This document shows, in pieces, positions 1 to 12,200 of a stretch of 64,000 bases of DNA. Origin of the DNA: Phoronis australis. Lineage: Eukaryota > Animalia > Phoronida. The position numbers were made by a program, and so were the translations under genes. Where the stretch lies: NCBI GenBank assembly GCA_002633005.1, contig NMRA01000013.1:261498-325497 (forward strand), in the 5' to 3' direction. The notes under the pieces were generated by a model that saw nothing but the letters and a program-made list of their open reading frames with translations, did not search any database and was not told the origin of the DNA. How positions within the stretch are numbered: position 1 is the first letter of the stretch; every line of letters starts with the position of its first letter.

Positions 1-226
1 TGGAATTGATATTTATTATTGCTGTCCTCGCCGCTGGGATTTATACCCCGCTGTCGCGTGCGGCCGCACCCGTGATTCCCGGTGCTCAGACCGGAGTCTG
101 TGACGTACTCCAGGACGGCACTTCTCTATGCCAGTGCGACACTAGCAGGACTAAAGTGCAGTGCAAAGACAAAAAACTAACTGCAGTGCCAGTTGCTGAA
201 AAGTTCCCAGCCTCCACCAAGACATT
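1..226 (+). CDS. aGPCR exon 1: signal peptide + LRR N-terminal cap
   Basis: (M)[20 protein letters not shown] hydrophobic leader, then C..CQC....VQC....LTAVP..FP..TKTL (LRRNT); donor TT|GTGAGT at 227. Confidence 0.88.
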
Positions 227-3200
227 GTGAGTATTTGGTTCAACTGTTTAGCTAATTCGATTTTTTTTACTGTTACATGCTGGTCGTGAACTTGGTGTTG
301 CTTGCAGATTTTGTGAAACCAATTCTCCATTAATAATTTGGAACGAGAGAGCCGCACTGGTTGATAAAATACATCACGTGAGCCAGATACATTCTTGAAT
401 CACGTACGGAGTTATGGCATAAATTTACATGGTGTCATTTTAATCGTTTAATAATGATAACGATATTTAAGAGCTTTGGATCAACTACACTCGCAAGTTA
501 AAAGGTTTGCACTCGTGAATTTTGGTCACATCATTTTTATGCCTGGTCGTATATTGCCTTCGTCTCTGTTCAAAACCCTTGGGACCTCGTTATGAAAATT
601 GACAGAAGTGTTCCTGTGAAGTTGACGACGGATGGCGACGACTTTCGGAAGAGCCCGACTATCACCGTTACTCTTTTTAAATAAATCTTAACAGTATTTT
701 GCGTTTGCTTCTGTATCCTCGGAGTCCATTGGCGTTTTTTTGACATTTGTTGAAGCTGATATAGGATAACGACGAGTTTCAGACCAGGACCCCTTATGGT
801 CAATTTTACATTTTTACACTCTCCTGTGTATCTCCAGAGGTCATTGATGGATATTTGTGAAATTGAGCAAATAAGTTTGTATTAAGGAGACGACTATGCT
901 GTTCTCTTGTCGGGTGGACTTCACGTATTTTGAGACGCTTAATGGCCATTTTTATGCGCCCACATATTTATATGTGGACGCATTATGCCGTCGTCTCTGT
1001 CCGTCCGTCCGGGCGGCGTCCGGCGTCCGGCGTCCGCTGCTCTATCTCCAAAACCCTTTGACATACGTTCATGAAATTTGGCACATATGTTCCATTCATG
1101 ACTGGGACGGCATGTGCGAATTTTCGGACGGATCCGACTACCGGTGTGCCCCCTAGTGGCAATTTTAGTTTTTTACGCTTACCTTTGTATCTTCAAAAGT
1201 CCTGAACGGATTTTCATGAAATTTGGTATGTAGGCACCTATTAGTGAGATGACGCTATCCTACTGTTTTCAGATGGATTCGACGTAGTTTGCGCCACCTA
1301 GTGGCCATTTTTACTGTTTTCGAGTCTGTATTTTTGCGTCCACCCCTCTATCAACCAAACCGCTCAAAGGATGATTGTGAAAATTGGCGTGTATGTGCTT
1401 ACTATAAGGAAGACAGCTGACAATGATTTTCAGACGATTTGGACTACTGTGGCGCCTCCTAGTGGCAGTTTTGTTTTTTTGCGCCCATGGCTGTATCTCC
1501 CAAACCGTTTGCAGGATCTTTACTAAATTTAGCAAGTGTATTTATGTGATGTTGACAACGGACGATGACGACTTTAGGATGATTCTGACTACCGGTATGC
1601 CTCTAGTGGCAATTTTAGTATTTGCCTCTAGTGGCAATTTTAGTATTTTACATTGACCTCTGTATTTTCATAGGTCTTCAGGTGTATACTTTGTGTTACT
1701 TCGTGACTATGAAGGAAAAGTTCCAAGTAGAAATTTGTTTCTGGCATTCTAATGCTGTGCTAATCTCGTATGTTGGTAAATTTGTTTTTAATTCTATGTT
1801 TCTGTGGTGCTTTAAGCAACTGGTGTATAGGATGTGCTTGTATTATGAAGATTACTCACATTTTGCCCCTAGCCTATTGAGGAGACAATGACCATGCCTT
1901 TCCATTTTGTTAAGTACAACATACTACATATATGCCCTCTACTGGCCCCTTTATGGTACCAATAAACAACCCTAGAAGGATACCGTATGCGGTGCAATTG
2001 TGGGCGCATTTCAACGCTCTGCGTTGCCCTTGTTATAATTCGAGCTCGTGTTTGTAGCCAGCCTCTTTATTTGTCAAACTGCTTATACATGAACGATTGT
2101 TTTAAATCTTAGAGTGATATAAGTACCAATTTCACAACAAAACACCAAAAACAACCCCATCAGTCGACCATTGAGCTATCAAATTAGAACAGTCGCAAAC
2201 ACTGTCTGACGAATTATGTTAATTAGGTGATCTCGAAGTACAATCATTTCCTGACAGAAACATATTACGTAAATTCAGGACAACCAATCACAGCCCCAGT
2301 CATCCTCAACAGTGTTTAGCGTGAAAAGTCGTCAGGCATTGCCACTAGTTTTCCCGTGGTTTATGGCATAGGAAGGAATGATGAGACGTTACGTTTGTTG
2401 TGATTGTGACAACTTAGTATTTGGTCGCGCACTGGCTCTTTTCACTTTCCCGCTGGACATCGCGAAGCGCGTATGTGGCACAAGTTTGCACAAGAAATTT
2501 GTGTAATATTGAATTTACGATTTTGATACGCAGTGCTATAAAAGAAGGTTTAATGATGCTGGCAATGTAGTCGCTTGTCAAACAAGGTAAATGGTAGTTT
2601 TAAGCACCTTTTGCAGATGTGTTCCCGATGAGAAGACCGTGGCTTACGCTTATTTTTGGACGGGTCTTACTACTGTGGCACCTCCTAGTGGTGATATTTT
2701 CCTTTTTGCATAATCTTTGTGATATTTTGCGAGTGTGGTCCTATAAGTGTGACAACGGCTGCTCACGACTTTTGGACGACTCTGAATACCGCTGTGACCC
2801 CAAGTGACATTTTTAATTTGTGCGTTTACATCTGTATCTTCAGAGTTCGTTGAAGATTTTTTTAGAAATTAGTGGCTGTTTTTGCTATTTTTGAATCATT
2901 TGCCTGTGTTTACTCAGTTGTTTAGAGGACCATTACGGAAATTGGCGGATATATTCCTGCTGGTAAGAACACGACTGGCGTGGATTTTCAGACGGGTCCA
3001 ACTGCTCTGATGTCCTCTAGTGATTTTTTGCTTCTGCGGCAGTCACTCCAAAACTCCTTGCAAAATCTTTTGGAATTCTGGAAAATGCATTCCTAGTAAC
3101 GTCACAACAGATGCAAGGGTCGGACTACCGCTTCGCCTTCTAATGGCAATTTGTTTTTTCACGTTCGCCTCTGTAATCCGTGACTGATTTTCATGGAAGT

Positions 3201-6200
3201 TAGCAAATATCTTTCTATTATGGAGACGACGACACTTTTTTATTTTTGGACGCATTTGACACGTTTTGCGCTATTTAATGTCCATTTTGTGATACTAATA
3301 AACATCTTGGAAACACACCGTCATTTCCTGTGCAGTCGTGGACGTACGGCAACTTTCCACGTTAGTCATTTCTGGTGTGTTTTTGTTGTCTGTTTCCTTC
3401 TAGAACTGCCAAACTGCACGAACGATCATTTTGAAAACTGATAGAGAAGTCCGGGACTTGCATTGATTTTCAATCTGGACGGAGTACTGTGGTGCCCTGG
3501 TGTCAATTTTTTCATTGACGGCTTTATTCCTAAACCTCTTGTAGGATATATGTGTAAGTGTGAACGTGACAACTGTTGACGATTTCTTTCGGACGGATCC
3601 AACTACCGCTGAACTTCCTAGTCACAATTTCTTATGTTTGCATCTGTACCTATGGAGTTCCTTGGCGGATTTTCATGAAATTATGCAGATAAGTTTCTAT
3701 TAGGAAGGTGACGTCGTCTTCTCATTTTCGTACTAGAATGACATACTCTGCGCCATCTGATGGTCATTTTGATGATACTAATTAACGCCCCTAGAAGCAT
3801 ATCGTTTGCGGTGCAGTCGTGCACGCATGTTAAATAATATTGCAGTTATGGAGGTGCATGCAAATTCATTGCAAGCAAAACTTGTTTGTAGTTCATACTT
3901 AGAAACTTTCTGTTAATGAAGATTTCTGCGCTGCTATTAAACCGCAATTCTAAGCACACGATGCAATCTTCATTTTGCCTTCTGCTTCAGAGAACTAGAA
4001 ACGAATCCTATAAAAGACATCCCAGCAGGCGCATTTTCATCTCTGACGAGCCTTAAATATCTGTGAGTATGAATTCAGGAATCTTTAGCGCTTTAACCAT
4101 GTTAAGCTACAGTGATAGCCTTTCTAGTTGGACAAAAATTGTCCTTCTATGCAATATGTAACGCTTTTGTCGTGAACAAATACCTCAGAGTTCGAAAGTA
4201 AATTTTTGTTGTATTGTGCAATCATGGACCCTTTTCGAAAGACACAGACATGTGGCTATTCTTTTCTATTCTGTTGAGTGATGTTAACATGGGAGGAATG
4301 TTTACATTGAACTTGAATCTGTTAAACATCTGACACATGTTGATACCTTCGGTTTCAATCGTATTGACTCTCACGTTACACGCCTAATTGACTAAATTTT
4401 GCTTGAATTTAATTGTCCAGTTACAATTTTTGACTTTTTGTTTCAGAAACCTGAATAATCTCCATTTGGAAAAGATTGAGGATAACGCCTTTTTAGGATT
4501 AACGCGATTGACAGAGATGTACGCATATTCAATTACACTAAATTGACAATAAGCACTAGTGTTGCACGAAACAGTGCCAATATTGAGACAACTATGTTCC
4601 TTAAACTTTCAGCGCATTTGTGGAGGTAGTGCAAACACTGACTGTCCTTTTTATGACATTGTCTTCTTTGCTACGCCAAGTTTAAACTCTGATGCACACC
4701 GAACCTAAGCTAAAGTAAACTACGTGGAATTGTAATATCATTTAACTAAACAAGGGCATATTATTTCCATAAAACGTCTTTTATTAGAAAAATAACATTT
4801 AAGGAGTAAACAAATTTTACGAATGCGCTAAAAAGTTAGGGACCATTGTTGAGTCCCATTGGGACTGTATCAAGAAACCCGGCGCTTGACCCTTTGTTGC
4901 GTTAAGATGATGGACTTGATTTTTTCGCAAATAAGTTACAGCAAGACGCCGCCATATCAACCCCTTACAGGTAAAAATATAGCCGAGTAATTCGTGTAAC
5001 GCTGTCGTCACTACATTTTGTGCAAGTGATTTTTGAAGACCCTTGCAGTATCAATGAGGCCAAGCGGAAGTTGCAAATTTCAAAAGGAATAAATCAACCT
5101 AACGGTGGTGAATCGTTCGTCTAAGCTTTAACTGAATTCCATTCAGACCGAGATTTTATGACGTGTAATTAGGAATAGACAAACTCCTCGAGTTGAAAAA
5201 TCCAAACAAAGTGTTCCACGCTAAAACATGTGCCAAACGATTGCTTTTGAAAGATGACCGTGTGTGGGATTTAAATATTGTCTGCTAACTCTGGTGGGTA
5301 AATATCTGTTTTGCTAGCAACAAAGTTTTACGCTCTGTTCACATGTTTCATATTCTTGGGAGAATGTCTTTGTCAACTGTTGTGGACAAATATGTAACAG
5401 TGAGTAGTGACGTTCCGAGGATTGAGATGAGCGCCTCTGAGGGGCGTCTTCTAAGTAGCGCAACTTGTCTTAATCTCACTTGGGTTTCTTAAAAATTCTT
5501 GCACTGAGATCTGACTAAATAAGCTCCTAATAGCCACCTGCAGGGTCACCCCGCGAAAATCTCTGCGATAGGGTACGTCAATCATTTCTAATTATATCGT
5601 ACACCGTATTAAAACGCCTTGCTGAGTATTCTTACTTTTCTTACAGTAAGTCATTCTATTTTCAGAGCTTTGCTCGGTAACGAGAACAGTAAACTATCTG
5701 CCATCACATCCAGAACATTTGCCCATCTATGGAGCCTAGAGCGGCTGTAAGTATTCTGGTGAATTAAGGATACGCTCATTCTTAGCACTTTAGATATCCA
5801 AATTACTTTGTACAAACTTTATATTTACTGTTATGAGCGGAGGTCTCCGTTTTTAGCACATTATAACCAGATGGTAGCTTTGCGATAAAAGGTTTCTCGT
5901 TATGTGTTTTCGTTCGTGGACTATGAGGAGTACATAAGGAACGTCAATCAAGTTCTTTATATGGGCATTAATGTACATAATTATTCACACATAATTATAC
6001 AACGGTTGTGAATGGACTGGGTTTGCTATCCAAGCTACGAGCATCCCTTCTTTCTTAGCGAATTTTGTCTCCATCGGTTTAACTCACTGTTAGCCATCTA
6101 AAATACAATTTCCCACATTCCTATAAACCGCGGGAAAAGTGAGAAGGAATTTGTTTCTAGTCAATTAAACTGCCGAAACGTGGCCAGGAATTTTAATTAT

Positions 6201-9200
6201 GTATAGTCAAATCCCGTTTGGTTACTAACTCTGAGTTACAAAAGTCCCCGCCACGTTCGAAGGTTACTGGAAAATGTTTTGGTTAATAAACACGGATGTA
6301 GTCCAAAAAATCCATACGAACTTAGTTGGGTTTATTATTTTGACCGTGGCTGGCATGAACATGAAACAACTCTTTGTTAACGCTTCTGCTTGGTTCTGTT
6401 GATTTACAAACTGTTGAACCTTTAATGCACAAGCGAATGTATGTTTAAAAATCTTGTAAAAATATATACTTTCGGTTTAATGAAAAGAACTCTATAACAA
6501 GGTTTCCGTCTTCTATTGCAGAAATTTAAGAGGTAATCCCATCAAGACTGTAGCTGGCGATGCCTTTTACGAGAACATCAACCTGACAACTGTGTAAGAG
6601 ACTCCTGTCTATAATTATTCAAATAATTCAATACATGGCCCTGAAAAAAACAGGTGTCCTACTGTGACCCCGGGCACCGACAGAGCTGGGTCAATCACAG
6701 AGTTAGCTGAAATCGCTTTCCTGTAGTCAGTAGCGTGCAGAGGTTTGATGATACCCGGAACGGCATGTTATTTGGATGCCTCTCTCTCCACTCAAATCCA
6801 TGGATTCTAGTTCTAAGTAAAGTATAAAAAATGAAACACAGATCAGAAGCTTTGTTCAATAGAATTACAGATCATTATGGTAATTCAGTAAATGAAAGGA
6901 CTGTGGGCAGGTAATTGCTGTATGCATAGCGGGATATTTTATTTGAGTGACAGCTCCATAACCTTAGAACTTGGATAACAATGTTAAAAATTTCTAGGCT
7001 GTTGAGGTGGGTCATGGAAATCGTTTTTTTTTTCTACCGTGAACAAGCAAGATGTAGATTTTGAAGTTAACTAGAAATGAAGATAAAAGATTTATCCACT
7101 CAGGTATTCAATACTGCAGCAAAAATTTTAAAAAATAGGGTAAGGTCCTACATATCCTTAATGAAGTTTAGATTGTAGCCACCGTTAGCCATGTAGCCAC
7201 CGTTAGCCATGTAGCCACCGTTAGCCATGTAGCCACCGTTAGCCATGTAGCCACCGTTAGCCATGTAGCCACCGATAGCCATGTAGCAGGGAACTCCAAA
7301 CTGCGCGTCTATAAGGTACATGAATATATATTGTAACTGAGGTAAAGCTGCCCTGGACCGCCATCTTGAGACTAAAGACTGCAACCAGGAACCACTTGGA
7401 TCGATGAACTGCGTGCATTTATAGATATTGTAGATACGTTTACGACCATTGATAGCAAGGGAGCTGTTGTTTTTAGCCATGTTGATGCGGGAAACCAATG
7501 ATGTAGTTGTAAATCACCATTCTAGTCAATGCACTTTCGTATTCATTGTACAGTTATAAATGAAACACTGACATATCATGTGCCTGGATTCTGAAAATTT
7601 TACTGAAAAGAAATGGCCAACTACGCCGAATTGTCGGCCGATTTGGGGTTAATTGGATTGTCATTTATTTTAATTGTTTAGACATCTGGGCACCAGACTA
7701 GAGTGCGACTGCTCATTGCTACCTTTCAAAAGATGGGTGGACAGCAAGAAGTCCAGGATAAACATAAGTGGTCTATGTGACGCTAAATCTCAGGGTTCCA
7801 CAGCCAACAAGAGATTAACCGAAGTATCAGTAAAGGAATTTGGAGATTGTGAAGGTATTATACTGAGCTTTGTGTGGTATGTTCATAAAGGAATGTCGTC
7901 TACAGATGATGGGCTTGGTTTCCATCTTGGGACTAGATTTCTGTGTTTCCCTAGGTATCGGTCAAGAACGGTCTAACAATGTTGTTGTGGCTTGTGTAAA
8001 AACAATTTATTTAGAATTTTTACCGTCTGTCAGAGACACGGCATTCGTAACCCACCGCCTTGTTTGATTTTACATTATTTGAAGGGAATTACAAAGATAT
8101 ATACTCCTTGCCCACTTCGCTCGTAGTCAAGGATTTTGCTTGGCAAATCACTCATTTGAATCCTATGTTGAAAACCGTTTTTCACCAACCCTGGTAGTCT
8201 ACTGTATCAACCATTTAGCCAACTAATTGAACAATGGTTGGGTTTTCGAACCACCAAATCACCGCATACGTGCTCCTCGGTATGGGTAACCGAGTTCGTT
8301 CTTATGGCCTTCCTTGGACGACTTTTTATTATTTTAAATGCATAAGGTTACCCAGATAGATTACTTAAGCAACGCAAGGAATTATAATTTGATCACTCAA
8401 ACGTTAGATCGTCTAATGATACGTAAAGTTGCGTTTTCGCGCCATATTGCGTCACCGCGAGAACACACAACAACGATCGAAAGGCCTAAAGTAGCTGTAT
8501 TGAATAAGGGTTTGAACAGAAAACTATATACGGATTCTCGAGAAGACGAGAAGAAATTTAAGTCAATGTTCCTAGTCGCTACTATTTGGCAAATTAATGA
8601 CATCGGTGTTATCAGATCCATACCCAAAGCATACTGACAACCAAATGCACGAGTGGTACTGTTCAAGGTAATCATTTAAGGTGCTCAGAATTAAACTTGC
8701 AGTTTGCCGACCATGTTTCCCGGCGAATCTACTTGTAACTTTACTTGAGTAGGCTCATTGATTCTGCGTTATTTGTATCAACTAGGCCTACGTGTTTCTT
8801 TTCAGATAAACCAAAGCCGAATCAGGCTTGCTACGCTTGTGAACAGTCTAAGACAGAAAACTGTACGGCCGTCACCAATTGTAAGGTATCAGTCTTCGTT
8901 GAAGTCATGTCCTTTGTCATGCTTTTGCATCTTAACTGTATGCATACACTACTTGTACATGACAATGAAGTAGTTCTGAGGTGCGGTTCTGTTGTTCTTC
9001 GTTTCGTACTCTCTCGATGCCATACATGTATCTTCTAAAGTGGTATGGGTTTGGACAAGATTGTCCACACAACGCACTTTTGTCGCACGCAGGTAATGTA
9101 CTGATTTTTCCTCTGGTCTCTAATCAGGCAATCGGATAAGAATCATGCAATACGTTGTCTTTCATTTCTGTGGACTCACTACCGCACCACTTTGTGTGTT

Positions 9201-12200
9201 GACAGGCTTCAGACGACGCATGCGGGACCATGTATAGTCGGAAGTTAGACAAAGCTGGCAACTTGGTCGAAGAGTTTGAAAAAACGTGCATCCCATCGAG
9301 CGCATGCACCACACTGGGACGTGACCTAGTGAACAGCTGCTACATAACAAACGCAAACGTCGTCTCCACTTGTGTCTCTTGCTGCAAAGGTTACTTGTGT
9401 AACTTTCGATCATTTCAAGGATTTAGTGACCGACGGACAGGTTAGTATTAGGTAAAGACATGTTTGCATGATAAATATGGTAGCGACTACGACAGCAATT
9501 ATTAGTATGTATGATTGTGTTGTTATAAATAAGCACGTTAAATATGATAAGAATTATCGGCTTTATTACACGCCGTACGTTGGTCGCATCACGTGACCTA
9601 TGCTTAGTCTGAAAAGATCTCTGTCCTGACAGGGCTCGAACCCAACACCTTCTGTTAACCTTGCAAACTCCGAAAAAATATCATGTGGCATAAGTAAGAT
9701 TAGAATTCTGTAGTTAGTGGTGATGATGGTGATGATGACTGTGATATTGACAACCATGTTGTATATAATGTCGTAGATTGAGAGTATGAATCTCTCCTCA
9801 TCGTTTTACTCTAATTTATACTTGACTCAAAAATTAACATTACACTCCTGTTTTTTGTTTAAAAGGGCAACATTCGTGCGGTGAATGCACTGTATTTGTG
9901 GAATGCTATTTCTTGCCTTCTCTTACAGCTGTCCAAATGCATTGCGAATCAGAGATTACGAAGAATGCTTTGAAAGGTTCCTTCACATGGCGGCAATCTG
10001 CTGAAGGCACAACGGTCAAAGTCGTCTGTCCTATCCAGCTACCTCCTTCAAGTAATGAACAACAAAGTTTTCAACTACAAGCGTTAACGGCAAACAGAAT
10101 TTGGTAATTGATTCGTTTCATTTGAATGTCACAGATTTTAGAACATCGCGTTAATTTTATCATGTAGGTTAATGTTTGCATTAGAGCTGGATATTGGACT
10201 GTGCCGCTTTTTACCTTGACAAGTTCCTCGATATCCTTTGTCAGTGGTCCAAGTCCTTCGTATGTAGCTTTCACTAGTAAACCGATAAAATGCTCTTGGT
10301 AGTTCCAAGAAACGCAGTTAAGCCACCCCTACAGTAGTTACTGTTGCGAAGACCCATGAGCACAAACCCAAAAGGTGGAAGTCTTTTGCCAGCATACTGC
10401 TTGAGCAGATTCTTTGCAGTATTGTTCATCATATTTCACTAATAAAAAATGTCGCCATATAAAGTCGCATGATGAAAATAGGTTCCGAGGAAGCAAACAA
10501 CTGTTGATCACAGAGAAATGTCTATCGGATATCGCGATTGAATCTATTCATGGATTACCCCAGCTCATTGACAGGACAAGATTTATTGATACGCATTTGC
10601 AAATCGAAACCAGGGTAGAATTCAGTAATGCTAGGACATACACTAGAACTTCGCTAAAATCTGGCCAAAATCACGTGTTCTCATTTAAAATAAACTGCAA
10701 TGTCTCAAGTAATCTCACAGTCTTGCCTTGTAGCGAGGTCTCATCGCTACTGAAATCTACCCAGTGTTTCGCATTATCCTTTAAACGGATAGCGGCAAGA
10801 TTAAGTGCTCTTTATTTCATTTTTACAAATCAGTGCTGATCGGAAAACTCATTCCACGCTATTGCCTGCTTGTGAAGTATTTTAAAAGTCCACTGGTGGT
10901 CTACTTTCCAACTTTCCGAAAGTCGCGCTGTAATATGCCCAATGTTCAATTTGTTAATTCACATTAGATACTATTAATGGAGATTAAATAGAATGACATA
11001 ATTGTGAAAATTTAAGACAGTTAATTTCTTTCACTTTGTGTTTGTTTGTATACAAATACTCGATAACAATCTGGTTTATCGAGGTGTATAGTCATTTGAT
11101 GATATCTGCTCCCCTGCTTTTGCCACCGGCAGGCTCTCCTCTTTGGTTCTTCGTATATCGTTGATGTTTATAACAAACGTTTCAAGCACATTGTAAGCCA
11201 TCTTGAATTGGCAAAATCGGCGAGAAAAGTGCGTTTCGGAATAGCCTGAAGAAGGATTGGAACTCACGACATCAGCGGCCTCAGTCCAACTCGTTTTGCT
11301 AACGAAGCTACACTGTATAGCCCATTCGACAAATAGATAATGCAGAATGCTTAACGAGTGTTTAAGGTTATCTCGGACCTTAATAAACGACATCAACTCT
11401 AAGTCAAGTATCGTAATAATATGCTTTGTCAACCCCCAGCCGGTTTTACTAAAACTTTTTTTAAATTATAACTTTACGTTATGTCTCAAAAACGCTGTTA
11501 GAATGAACAATAAAACAATTCTTACAGATCTTTTGAGACATTACGTCAAGTTTTCATTTAAAAAGTTTTAGTAAAATCCGCAGTGGGGTTATTTTTCTAT
11601 GGATTATTTCTTGCACGTGAAATTTTGACTTAAAAACGTGGTCACGTGACTATAATAAAGACACACTAGTACGAAGCATGTTTTTAGAATCCACGATCTT
11701 TGTCCTTTCAGAAAGTATATACTTTTAATAGTTGGCTGGCAAAGCGTAATTTTTTCGATATTTGATTTAGAGTTGAGATCGTTTATCAAGGTCCTAGAAA
11801 ACCTTAACCAATAAAGTCACCGGTCAAGATTTCAGCCAACAAATTCCAGCTGATGATGAGAATTGATGATGTGCCGGTAATGAATGTCACAAAAACGCAA
11901 TGATGTTGTTTTGTTTTATGGGTGTGGTCAAGTCTAAGTTTAAGATGTTTATTCCATCCATAAGTAATTCCAAAACGCGTTTTCAGAATCGATAATGTCC
12001 CTCTCGGCCGTTTTTACGCTTTCTTTCTCGAAACCAATTTTTGTGAGACAAAGATGGCGGACTATCGTTGTAGTAACATGATCTCGCAGCCTCATTGGCT
12101 GAAATATTAGCTTGATTGACATTTTGGAACGATGCAATTGCTTATTTATCCTTGTGCTTCTTGCGTCTGTTGGAAAAAGCTGTACTGATTTATATTTGCC

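Noticed and set aside
1040-1650. Regularly spaced CCTAGTGGC repeats resembling a CRISPR array
   Set aside because: Eukaryotic intron; the intervening sequences are homologous to each other (tandem cores of a HINE element) and there are no cas genes.
7148-7498. 116-aa minus-strand ORF with MANGGY repeats
   Set aside because: It is the translation of an intronic 18-bp minisatellite; no splice or homology support.
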